This document shows positions 28,160-38,815 of a DNA stretch of 55,066 nt, piece after piece. The position numbers and the translations under genes were made by a program. The stretch comes from Octopus sinensis. Taxonomy: Eukaryota. The stretch covers positions 1 through 55,066 of the forward strand of contig NW_021833899.1 of assembly GCF_006345805.1 (NCBI RefSeq). Reading direction: 5' to 3'. Every line of letters begins with the position of its first letter. Position 1 is the stretch's first letter. Below the pieces are notes generated by a model. It did not search any database and was not told where the DNA came from. It saw only the letters and a program-made list of their open reading frames with translations.

Positions 28160-28990
28160 TTCAGATACTCCATCTTCTAATTAGCCTTAAGATTAAATAA
28201 CGTTTAATACTGTTTATTGTTAATAATTTTTCAGGTACTCTATCTTCTAATTAGCCTAAGAATAAACAACGTTTATTACCCACACTTTAACATCTAATTT
28301 TTTACCCACACTCTAATATCTTTGTAATTAGCCTTTTTACCCACATTTTAAATATTTGTTAATATATCTTCAGATACTCTATCCTCTAATTAGCCTTAAG
28401 ATTAAATAACGTTTCACCCACACTTTAATATATTTTTGGATGCTCTACCTTCTAATTAGCCTCAAGATTAAATAACGATTATTACCCACACTTTAATATA
28501 ATTGTAATATTGTTAACATATTTTCAGATACTCTATCCTCTAATTAGCCTTAAGATTAAATAACGTTCTACCCACACTTTAACTTTAACTTTTTCACCCA
28601 CACTTTAATATATTTTTGGATGCTCTACCTTCTAATTAGCCTCAAGATTAAATAACGATTATTACCCACACTTTAATATAATTGTGATATTGTTAACATA
28701 TTTTCAGATACTCTATCCTCTAATTAGCCTTAAGATTAAATAACGTTTTTATCCACACTTTAACTTTTTCACCCACACTTTAATATATTTTTGAATACTC
28801 TACCTTCTAATTAGCCCCAAGATTAAATAACGATTATTACCCACACTTTAATATAATTGTAATATTGTTAACATATTTTCAGATACTCTATCTCCTAATT
28901 AGCCTAAGATTAAATAACGTTTTTACCCACAAACTTTAATATTGTTAATATTAATAATACTCTATCCCATAATTAGCCTTAAGATTAAAT
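28160..28990 (+). repeat. Tandem array with dimeric higher-order structure forming the putative LINE 5' region
   Basis: The core TAATTAGCC occurs 11 times (28178, 28248, 28325, 28387, 28453, 28541, 28633, 28721, 28808, 28896, 28970). Two alternating monomer types give a 175-180 bp period in the 3' half. Confidence 0.95.
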
Positions 28991-29050
28991 ATCTTCTTGT
29001 CTTCTCTCGAACATAGTTAAATAGATAAACAAATAGACAGATCATCCAGC

Positions 29051-29959
29051 ATGTCAAGAGCATGGAGACCTGACGAGCTGGATTTATTCGTACAAGCATG
29101 GGAGTGCGCCGGCGGAGATAGCCCTAGCGAGGTGATTGCGGCTGCGCTGAAGAGCAGAGGCTACAAGAGGACAGCGGCTCAGATGGAGCGAAAGAGACGG
29201 GAATTCGTGCGCTCATATGCGCTTGTACGGTCGCACATTGGCGCACTTGATGCCATCTTTGAGAACGAGCGAGGCAAAGATGACAAGAATGGAGGCAATG
29301 AAAGAAGTCACCCCCACCTGGTGGATGCCCGGGAGGAGGTTTTGAATGAGAAACCTGCCCGGGAAGTGAACCCAGGTGCAAGTTCTCCAACCGGCAGCAA
29401 AGGCCATGGAGACGGAGAACCTGGTGAAGAGGTAGAGGGAGGAGGAAGAACTAAAAGAAGGGCTGGTAGAGCTAAAGGAAAAGCTCAAGCAGGACCAAAG
29501 GGTGAAAAAACCAGGAATAGAAGTGGAACCGCAAAAGATGGAAACGGACAGCGCACACAGGTGTGTAGGTTCTACCTGAGAGGTTCCTGCTGGCATGGAA
29601 AGGAAGGTCCAGGCTGCCGCTTTGCACATCGGGGACCCTGCCACAGAGACACGAGGCAGATGGACAAACCATCAACACAAGGAAAAGGGATGGACCACGC
29701 ACCACTTGCCCCAAAGCGGAGGTACGCAGATGTTGTGCGTGCCACAAACCACCAACATGATGTTGTCGAAAGGGCAGCTGCTGAGCAACAATCTTTTTTG
29801 TGCATGGCACAAAAGATTGTACAGCGGCTGACCTGGCTTCATCAAACCCAAGCCCGCAGGTGGGACTACCCACTATATACCAGACCACCACCACAGCAAA
29901 CAGACCCAGGATGGACACCACCGGCAACAACGTACACCTCACCTCGATGCTCCTACTGA
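29051..29959 (+). CDS. LINE ORF1, 302 aa: N-terminal Myb/SANT trihelix-like domain, basic linker, CCCH zinc finger
   Basis: WRPDELDLFVQAW...IAAALKSRGYKRTAAQMERKRREFVRSY resembles the Myb_DNA-bind_4 pattern. CRFYLRGSCWHGKEGPGCRFAH is C-x7-C-x8-C-x3-H. Contains an RYADVV motif. Lies directly upstream of and overlaps ORF2. Confidence 0.88.
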   Translation: MSRAWRPDELDLFVQAWECAGGDSPSEVIAAALKSRGYKRTAAQMERKRREFVRSYALVRSHIGALDAIFENERGKDDKNGGNERSHPHLVDAREEVLNEKPAREVNPGASSPTGSKGHGDGEPGEEVEGGGRTKRRAGRAKGKAQAGPKGEKTRNRSGTAKDGNGQRTQVCRFYLRGSCWHGKEGPGCRFAHRGPCHRDTRQMDKPSTQGKGMDHAPLAPKRRYADVVRATNHQHDVVERAAAEQQSFLCMAQKIVQRLTWLHQTQARRWDYPLYTRPPPQQTDPGWTPPATTYTSPRCSY

Positions 29960-32903
29960 ACATCAGAGGACTGCAAACACTCAGTAACAGGACAAAAATC
30001 CCGTTCCTGAGAGATTTTGTTGCATGCAATCAAGCCTTATGCATAGCACTAACGGACCTGAAACCGGATATAGCAGATGCGGAGTTACACATACCACAGT
30101 ATGCTGTACTACGGACCGACAGGAAAGAAAGGAGTCATGGAGGTGTTGCTATGTACATCCGTGAGGACCTCACACCCCAGGTCCTCTTGTCATACTCAAA
30201 CGCGGTGTGTGACACACTAATTGTACATATTATTAGGCAACTTGATGTAGTTGTGTGTGCTACATACCGCCCTCCAGATGCCCCAAGCCATGTGGGCAAG
30301 TTTGAAGACTGCCTTATAAAAATAGAAGAAGTTCTAACCACATTAGAACAACACATAAGTGTACTTCTTATGGGAGACTTCAATCTGCCAAATGTCAGAT
30401 GGCCCGAGGGCCTTTCTCTCCCAGGAATGACAAGATGTGAACGAGGACAGGCGAGGTCCCTCCTGAACCTCATCAACACCCTGTACATGGAGCAGGTAAT
30501 ACTCCAACCAACCAGGGCAGGTAACACACTGGATCTCTGCTTCACAAATGACATGGATCTCATCCATAATGTGAAAGTGACACCGACACTACTCTCGGAT
30601 CACAACATGATAGAGCTGACCATGTACGGGCCAAAAGAGAGCACGGACATGCAGCCTACAAGAAACCCCCAGAATCTTTCCAGCTTGAACTACCATAAGG
30701 CAAACTGGAAACAAATTGAGAAAGAGATCCTCAAACAAAACTGGCCTAAATGTCTCTCCTCGCCAGACATCGACGTGAAACTTCAACAATTCATGTCTGT
30801 AATGCAAGCCATATGCTACAAATATGTCCCAGAGAGAAAGGCCACTGTACACAAGAACAAAATCCCCAGAGAGAGGAAAATTCTAATGAGACGGCGTACA
30901 AAATTTTCAAATCGCCTAAACAAACAGATTGAAAGCAGTGAAAAGTCCCGCCTAAAAATAAAACTGTTGGAAATCGAAAAATGTCTGAAACTCTCCCATG
31001 AAATGGAAAGAGCAGACAAAGAAGCCTGGGCTATAGACAACATGAAATCTAACCCCAGAGCTTTCTACGGGTATGCCAAAGAAACAGCTACGGTGCACTG
31101 TAGAATAGGGCCACTCCTCAAAAAGGATGGCACACTTACAGGAAAACCAATGAGGGTAAGTGAAATACTGAATGAGCAATTCAAGAGTGTTTTCACTCCA
31201 CCCCTTGGGCATCTCCAAATCACCAATCCAACTGACTTTTTTACCACTGCAGATATAAAATCAGAGGCGGCGACGATAGATTACATCGATATAAAGGAAG
31301 ACGATGTAATCAAGGCTATAGATGAAATGAAAACAGACTCAGCTACTGGCCCCGATGGATTCCCGGCAATCTCCTAAAAGCATGTAAGAGAGTCCTAGCA
31401 AGACCACTGCAGTTCCTCTTTCAGAGCTTCCTTGCAGCTGGCAAACTTCCAAGAAAACTGAAGGAAGGTAAAATATGCCCCATTCATAAAGGAGGTAGCA
31501 GAGCGGAAGCCAAGAACTATAGACCTATCTCTCTGACCTCACACATCAGCAAGGTCATGGAACGAATAGTCAGAAGGAAGCTGATCACCTTCCTTGAAGA
31601 AAATGACTTGCTGCCCGACACCCAACATGGTTTCCGACCAGGGAGAAGCTGTTTAACTCAGCTCCTACAACACTATGACTGGGTGCTGAAACGGCTGCTC
31701 AACCACTCAAATGTGGAAGTGATATATCTCGACTTTGCAAAGGCCTTTGATAAAGTCGATCATGGAATGATATGTCACAAACTGCGTGATCTCAACATAG
31801 TTGGAAAACTGGGAGAATGGCTTCATGACTTTCTGAAAGATAGAAGTCAGGTGGTAGTGGCCAATGGGGCCACTTCCATTAACACGCAAATAGTGAGCGG
31901 TGTTCCGCAGGGCACTGTTCTGGGACCACTACTGTTCATAATGGCCCTCTCAGACATGCCCTCAGCCACGCAGAGAGCCACGATCACAAGTTATGCAGAT
32001 GATACAAAAGTTTCACAGGCAATACAGAACCCTGAGGACACTAAACACCTGCAATGTGAGCTAGACAAAATATACAAGTGGGCCGAAAAGAATAGCATGC
32101 AGTTCAATGCTGAAAAGTTTCAAGCTCTATACTATCAGCATGCAAAACTAAATGCAATACCCAATGAATACACTGGACCCGGAGGAATAGCAATCCCAGA
32201 GGCACAATCAGTGCGTGACCTAGGTATTTACATGAGTGATAACGCGACCTTTCGTGTACATGTTGCTAAATTGGCAATGAAATGTAGACGACTGGCCGGA
32301 TGGATCCTCAGAACCTTTAGAACAAGAGAACAAGAAACCATGATGGTCCTCTGGAGGACACTTGTCCTAAGCCACTTTGACTACTGCTCTCAGTTATGGT
32401 CACCATCCAGTGTCAAGTTGATCACAGAGCTCGAGGCGATCCAACGTAGCTACACGAAGAAGATAGCCTCTATGCAGAATGTAAGCTACTGGGAAAGACT
32501 CAGGAAATTAAAATTATATTCCCTGGAGCGTAGGCGGGAAAGATATGCCATAATATACATCTGGAAGATCCTGGAGGGAAGTGTCCTGAACTTTGGCATC
32601 GAGAGTTACGCAAATGCCAGAACTGGGCGACACTGCGTGGTGCCTAGGACTCCAAACTTGCCATCAAGATGTAGGACAAGATTCTGTGATAGCCTGGGCT
32701 TCCGAGGCCCACAGCTCTTCAATATCCTCCCGAAGAACCTGAGAGACCTGCATGGGGTGGATACAGATGTCTTTAAAATGAAGCTGGATCTCTTCCTGTC
32801 AGGTGTCCCAGATGAACCAACTTCACGGCAGGAGGGGCAGATGAGGGCAGCTGCATCGAACTCTCTCATGCACCAAATAGCAGCTGCTAGAAAGCCTTCA
32901 TGA
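29911..32903 (+). CDS. LINE ORF2 (AP endonuclease + reverse transcriptase), split by a 1-nt frameshift near 31371
   Basis: APE motifs: LLLNIRGL, GGVAMY, YRPPD, MGDFNLP, TLDLCF, SDHN. RT motifs: GPDG, NYRPISLTS, QHGFR, YLDFAKAFDKVDH, GVPQGTVLGPLLF, YADD, DLG. The 29800-31377 and 31557-32903 ORFs join if one C is restored at GCAATC(C)TCCTA. The start may be ATG 29911 or 29947. Confidence 0.95.
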
Positions 32904-32971
32904 AGTGAAACCAAGTAGCAACACCAAATGGCGGTGCCCCGCATGGCCACAGCTCATAAGCTGAAACTGGA

Positions 32972-32990
32972 AAAATCAAAATCAAAATCA

Positions 32991-32993
<3 letters not shown>
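32972..32993 (+). repeat. LINE 3' tandem tail (AAAATC)n
   Basis: aaaatcaaaatcaaaatcaatc lies about 70 nt after the ORF2 stop. Short tandem tails are typical of CR1-clade elements. Confidence 0.8.
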
Positions 32994-33052
<59 letters not shown>

Positions 33053-33206
33053 GCATACATACATACCTACATATACATGTTTATGCGTGTATATATATAT
33101 AGTAAATCCAGAACGGAAACGAATAAAAAATACAAGAAAACAACAACGCGTGGACGTGGTAAACATAAAATATTAACAGACACCCAGGGAAGGAAAGAAA
33201 GGTCGT

Positions 33207-33235
33207 TTATCGTTTCGAGCGAGGCTCTTCTTCAG
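33207..33235 (-). ncRNA. Candidate minimal hammerhead ribozyme motif (Penelope-type)
   Basis: Minus strand reads CTGAAGA-A-GAGC-CTC-GCTC-GAAA-CG: conserved core boxes with a 4-bp stem II. Confidence 0.5.
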
Positions 33236-33343
33236 AGAGAGGAGACAGAGGAAGTCCAATAAGAAAGGAAGACGAAGGAAAAAAAGATGCCAACGATTCA
33301 TATGTTGTTACATTTTGAAACACGCAGACAGATACACACAAAC

Positions 33344-33407
<64 letters not shown>

Positions 33408-33446
33408 TATATATATATAATATATATATATATATATTATATATAT

Positions 33447-33477
<31 letters not shown>

Positions 33478-33496
33478 ATATATATATATATATCTA

Positions 33497-33720
33497 AAGG
33501 GCGGCGAGCTGGCAGAATCGTTAGCACGCCGGGCGAAATGTGTAGAGGTATTTCGTCTGCCGTTACGTTCTGAGTTCAAATTCCGCCGAGGTCGACTTTG
33601 CCTTTCATTCTTTCGGGGTCGAGAAATTAAGTACCATTTACGCACTAGCGGCGATGTTAAGTTAAAATTGACTTAATCCGTTTGCCTGTCCTTGTTTGCC
33701 CCCTTGTGAGTAATAAAGAA
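33497..33720 (+). mobile_element. SINE family B, full-length
   Basis: ggcggcgagctggcagaatcgttagcacgccgggcg head, GAGTTCAAATTC B box, core and tail. Confidence 0.88.
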
Positions 33721-33726
33721 ACACAG

Positions 33727-33763
<37 letters not shown>

Positions 33764-34249
33764 AATATATTCATACAAATATACATACATACGCACACAC
33801 GCACATATACAAATAATTATATGTGTATGCAAATATGAATATAAACATTCAGAGAGAGAAAGAGAGAGTGAGATCGATGTAGGTAGACAGTGTAAGAGAA
33901 AAGAATATATATGTGTAAATTGCCTCCAAGCTGTGTACATGGTTAACCATATAGTTTTATTATTCATTAGATGGAAGAAAAATAAATAAAAACGTTTTTG
34001 CTACAAAAAAATGAATATAGAGATGTAATAACGAATGAGGGTGACACGGAGAAATTTCAGAGATAATGAGGAATCAAGAGACAAATATAAAATATAAGCT
34101 GTTTTGTACATATTTGTATCACACACACACACAAACACACACAAGCACACACAGACATGACCTCTCACACACATATATGTGAAGATGCGTGTGAGTACTT
34201 GTATGTTTGTAATTAATACTAATCGTTGCAATTATTTACAGAAGTTCTC

Positions 34250-34575
34250 AGTCATATGGTAGAATCTGAGAATATTCTCACGTGATGGAGAATGGCTGAA
34301 GAGTCTTGCAAATCGACAGAATAAACAATTTTAATATTATATAAACCAGATATTGTGTGCTTCGAGTTTATTATTTTGATTTGTGAACACTGTAAATATG
34401 CACTGAGAAGTACCATTATATGTAGACGCATAAATATATATAAAGTAGCCACCGTGTTGGTCCAGGGTAGCACTACCTCTTGCAGGCATTTTATGTAGGC
34501 CTCCATGTTGAGTCTGATGCCGTGTGGAAAGATGAATGGGGGCCACAACGCCGTCATCACTATTGAACTCTTCAT
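34250..34575 (-). pseudogene. Tc1/mariner (maT-like) transposase fragment
   Basis: SD(D)GVV / PPFIFPHGIRLNMEAYIKCLQEVVLPW, and a downstream QDSS remnant. Confidence 0.7.
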
Positions 34576-34599
34576 TCATTTATCATCATAATCATTATA

Positions 34600-34874
34600 A
34601 TCACTATCTTAACTATTATTATTATTGTCATCATCATCATCACCACCACCACCACCACTACCATCATCATCATCATCATCATCATCACCATCAACATCAT
34701 CATCATCATCATCATCACCACACCACCACCACCAGCATCATCATCATCATCATCACCACCACCACCATCATCATCATCATCGTTATCATGATCATCATGA
34801 TCATCATGATCATGATCATCACCACCCCCACTCCCACCATGATCATCATCATCATCATCACCACCACCACCATC

Positions 34875-34905
<31 letters not shown>

Positions 34906-35025
34906 ACATCATCATCATCACCACCATCATCATCATCATCATTATCATGATCATGATCATGATCATCGTCATCACCACCACCACTACCACCATTATCATC
35001 ATCATCATCAACATTATTATTATGT
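34600..35025. repeat. (CAT/CAC)n trinucleotide microsatellite
   Basis: Direct inspection. Confidence 0.97.
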
Positions 35026-35904
35026 TTACTTGATATTTGATTCTTATCACTCTCGGTACATGTCCTCAGATCGCACAGTCCTCAGATTAACACCCAAACA
35101 GTGTGAAATGCTCGTATTGGAGTTTCCGGCGCAAATGCCAAAATGTACAGCATGTCGTTTCCAAATTTATTACAGAGTGAATTGCGTCATGCTGCCGTTG
35201 CCCAACTGACCCTACTATACTGTGTAGTCGATTAAATCAAATACAAACAATATGCGTCCACGAAATTAAAACTATAATATGTTGACAATTTACCCATCGC
35301 ACCTTCTATAATCATTTAAGTTTTGATTCATAGTAGTACAACTATTACGGGTATGTTAGAAGTTGCCATTCTATTGCGCTTCCACTTTACAATAATTATG
35401 AAAATCAGGTACAGCATAGTGTTAGTGTCAACACCATGCTAACTTTTCCTTTATTATAGTTGAGTGCATATGCACTATGTCTGTCAGATGAGTTCTGTTC
35501 TATAATTCGCAGTTAATGAGGTTTCTATAGCTTGTTACATGGTTTTCTGAATTTTTTTATACGATCGTAGTGTTATCAGATAATATGCTTTATATATCTG
35601 CTTTGATCAAATTGTATCCATTGTCATTTCGATCATGAGTTATGTATGTTGTGTTATTTTGTTGATTAGATTTCGTACAAGATATGTCCTGTTATTATCC
35701 ATTGATATGACAAAAAGATGTATAGCTATATACCACAGCCGGTATGATGTGATGACAAACATCTGGGATATTCTTATCGATACTGACTAGAAAATTACAA
35801 TATTCTCTACGACTATAATAATCAAAAATTGGAATGAAAATGTCTATGCTTTAATTAATATCTCGATCTACTCTCGATCTATATTGCTGGAACGGAGCCG
35901 ATTA

Positions 35905-36430
35905 CATCGACCTCAGTGTTTCACTTGTACTTAATTTATCGTCCCCGAAAGGATGAAAGGCAAAGTCGACCACGACGGAATTTGAAATCAGAACGTAGCG
36001 GCAGACGAAATACCTATTTCTTTACTACCAACAAGGGGCAAACACAGAGAGGACAATCAAGGACAGACAGACGGATTAAGTCGATTACGTCGACACCAGT
36101 GCGTAACTGGTACTTAATTTATCGACCCCGAAAGGATGAAAGGCAAAGTCGACCACGGCGGAATTTGAAATCAGAACGTAGCGGCAGACGAAATACCTAT
36201 TTCTTTACAACCAACAAGGGGCTAAACACAGAGAGGACAAACACGGACAGACATACGGATTAAGTCGATTACGTCGACCCCAGTGCGTAACTGGTACTTA
36301 ATTTATCGACCCCGAAAGGATGAAAGCAAAGTCGACCTCAGCGGAATTTGAACTCAGAACGTAACGGCAGACGAAATACGGCTACGGATTTCACTCGGCG
36401 TGCAAACGATTCTGCCTGCTCACCGCCTTA
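35905..36430 (-). mobile_element. SINE family B head-to-tail trimer
   Basis: Three units about 183 bp apart with identical junctions at 36014/36015 and 36197/36198. Confidence 0.88.
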
Positions 36431-37014
36431 CACCTCGATAGTAATACCATGAATAAGAAGAAAAAAGGAAATATAGGAGAGAATTACAAAAACAGCAATG
36501 TGAAAAAAATAGGATGTTATACGGACAATTTGACAGAGACAAAGGAGCATAATTCATGCTTGTCGTGGAGTTGGTTGTGTAATGCAAATTTGAAGAGAAA
36601 AACAGAAAGATATCTCCTAGCTACGTCAGATCAAACAGCTATTTGAAACTCGATTAAAAATTCATTTTCTCTTATGGGATATTCTGTCCAATGCGTATAT
36701 ACGGCGAGGAGGCATAGAATATGACCCACTTAGTAAAATTTTTTACCCAGAATTATAAGAAATCCCACATTGACTAAGAGATCTTCAAGTAGACCTGTAT
36801 TTTGGTGTGACCGTAAAAAAATTATAAGAATTAAGAACCGAACATATGAAAATATGCTATGTAAGAGAAAGCAGAGAAAAATATCTGAAGTTTGGACAGA
36901 CTAAAATTAGATTTGAAGGGATTGGCCTGAGAAGAATAAAAGAGTTCTTTGAAAGAAAATAAAATTCGAAGCGGGTGGTGAAGAAATTATACGATTGAAT
37001 TGTGAATAAATTTC

Positions 37015-37499
37015 GTTTTGGGATTTGGTCCGCAAAATTCTTTATATGAGTCCGTGTGTTGAAGCATATTCTGTTGTGTCTGGGGAGAGTCATTTTCTTT
37101 TTGTGCCATATTATGTAACACACTCACCGGTAAAATTTCCACTTTTTTCTTATTTTTATTGTCCTAAAATTTTCGTTGCGTCTTGCAACCATTTCAATAG
37201 TTTTGACTCTCGAGCTTCTGTTGGAACTAAGACACCTGAAATTAGTTTGAAGTACTTTTGGCCTAAGCTCAAATGCGATATATCTCTCATCATTCTCAGG
37301 GCTATGAAACTTAATCTGGTGATAGATAGCTGAAGCGTGTTGTGGCAACGACCAATAGAGTCAAAGCTATTGAAAAGGTTGCAAGACGCAACGAAAATTT
37401 GAGGACAATAAAAATAAGAGAACAGTGGAAATTTTACCGGTGAGTGTGTTACATAATAAGGCACAAAAAGAAAATGACTCTCCCCTGACACAACAGAAT
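37015..37499. mobile_element. Foldback repeat family member (relatives at 3630-3772, 4047-4280, 38944-39072)
   Basis: Inverted arms at 37068-37210 and 37357-37499. The arm and spacer sequences recur elsewhere in the window. Confidence 0.8.
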
Positions 37500-37730
37500 G
37501 TAAATAAATTAAAAATTGCAGAAAACAAAATAATTGTACGATATTAATGAAGTAAAGAAAAGCTACTAATTGTAGCCGGATTCAGTTTTAAAATTTTTGC
37601 AACTACCAATATATAGCTAAGACTGCAACATGAAATAGGATACGTTTTCTATTACCTTCCTGTATTGTCCATAACTGAAGATTACAGGATCATCGGTGAA
37701 AACCTTTTTGGTTTAATGTGGATATTAAAT

Positions 37731-38148
37731 AGGCGCAGGATTGGCTGTGTGGTAAGTAGCTTGCTAACCAACCACATGGTTCCGGGTTCAGTTCCACTGC
37801 GTGGCATCTTGGGCAAGTGTCTTCTGCTATAGCCCCGGGCCGACCAATGCCTTGTGAGTGGATTTGGTAGACAGAAACTGAAAGAAGCCTGTCGTATATA
37901 TGTATATATATATATATGTGTGTGTGTATGTTTGTATGTCTGTGTTTGTCCCCCTAGCATTGCTTGACAGCGATGCTGGTGTGTTAACGTCCCCGTCACT
38001 TAGCGGTTCGGCAAAAAGAGACCGATAGAATAAGTACTGGGCTTACAAAGAATAAGTCCCGGGGTCGATTCGCTCGACTAAAGGCGGTGCTCCAGCATGG
38101 CCGCAGTCAAATGACTGAAACAAGTAAAAGAATAAAAGAATAAAGAAT
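37731..38148 (+). mobile_element. tRNA-derived SINE family A, full-length
   Basis: A-box-like TGGCTGTGTGG, B-box-like GGGTTCAGTTCC, CORE-like CTTGGGCAAG, an internal (TA)/(TG) tract, and tail GGCGGTGCTCCAGCATGGCCGCAGTCAAATGACTGAAACAAG(TAAAAGAA)n. Many homologues in the window. Confidence 0.9.
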
Positions 38149-38406
38149 GTGAGGTTCCAGGACCAGGTACTACCTAGCAAAGAACTTCTTGTATTACTTA
38201 TTGAAAGTTTGTACAATAGTCTGTCGTTTTTATGCTCCTTCCCGAACCACACCTCAACTTGTATGATTATAATAGTAACAATAACAACAACAATGATAAT
38301 AACAATTGCATCAATATTTTCTACGAAAGCGCGTATTTATTCTCCAAATATTTTCATATGGACTTTTATAAAACGTGTACATCATATACATACATACATA
38401 TATATA

Positions 38407-38448
<42 letters not shown>

Positions 38449-38509
38449 TATATATATAATATATATATATAGCGAGAGAGAGAGAGAAAGAGAGAAAGAC
38501 ACACGCAGA

Positions 38510-38815
<306 letters not shown>

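Larger units (their letters stand above)
28160..32993 (+). mobile_element. Near full-length CR1-clade non-LTR retrotransposon (5' tandem array, ORF1, ORF2 APE-RT, short 3' UTR, tandem tail)
   Basis: Two overlapping ORFs. APE and RT motifs are in the canonical order. The C-terminal LYSLERRRERY..IWKIL motif is typical of CR1-like elements. The element ends in an AAAATC repeat followed by (TA)n. Visibly more GC-rich than its flanks. No TSD seen. Confidence 0.92.

Noticed and set aside
28160-28990. CRISPR-like appearance of the array
   Set aside because: The intervening segments are themselves repeated rather than unique spacers, there are no cas genes, and the context is eukaryotic.
31360-31380. 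Programmed ribosomal frameshift in ORF2
   Set aside because: No slippery heptamer, and the break falls inside a conserved motif that one added base repairs.
29124-32950. Antisense ORFs inside the LINE (for example 29472-30029, 30135-30563, 32606-32950)
   Set aside because: Expected shadow ORFs of a GC-richer coding strand, with no recognisable motifs.
28160-32993. Horizontal transfer of the LINE from crustaceans
   Set aside because: Similar C-terminal motifs are recalled from arthropod CR1s, but shared motifs alone do not show transfer. It would need an RT phylogeny and nucleotide-level identity.
34536-35209. Poly-His, poly-Ser and poly-Met ORFs, and the poly-Asn ORF at 39734
   Set aside because: Trinucleotide microsatellites open in several frames with no flanking coding signal.
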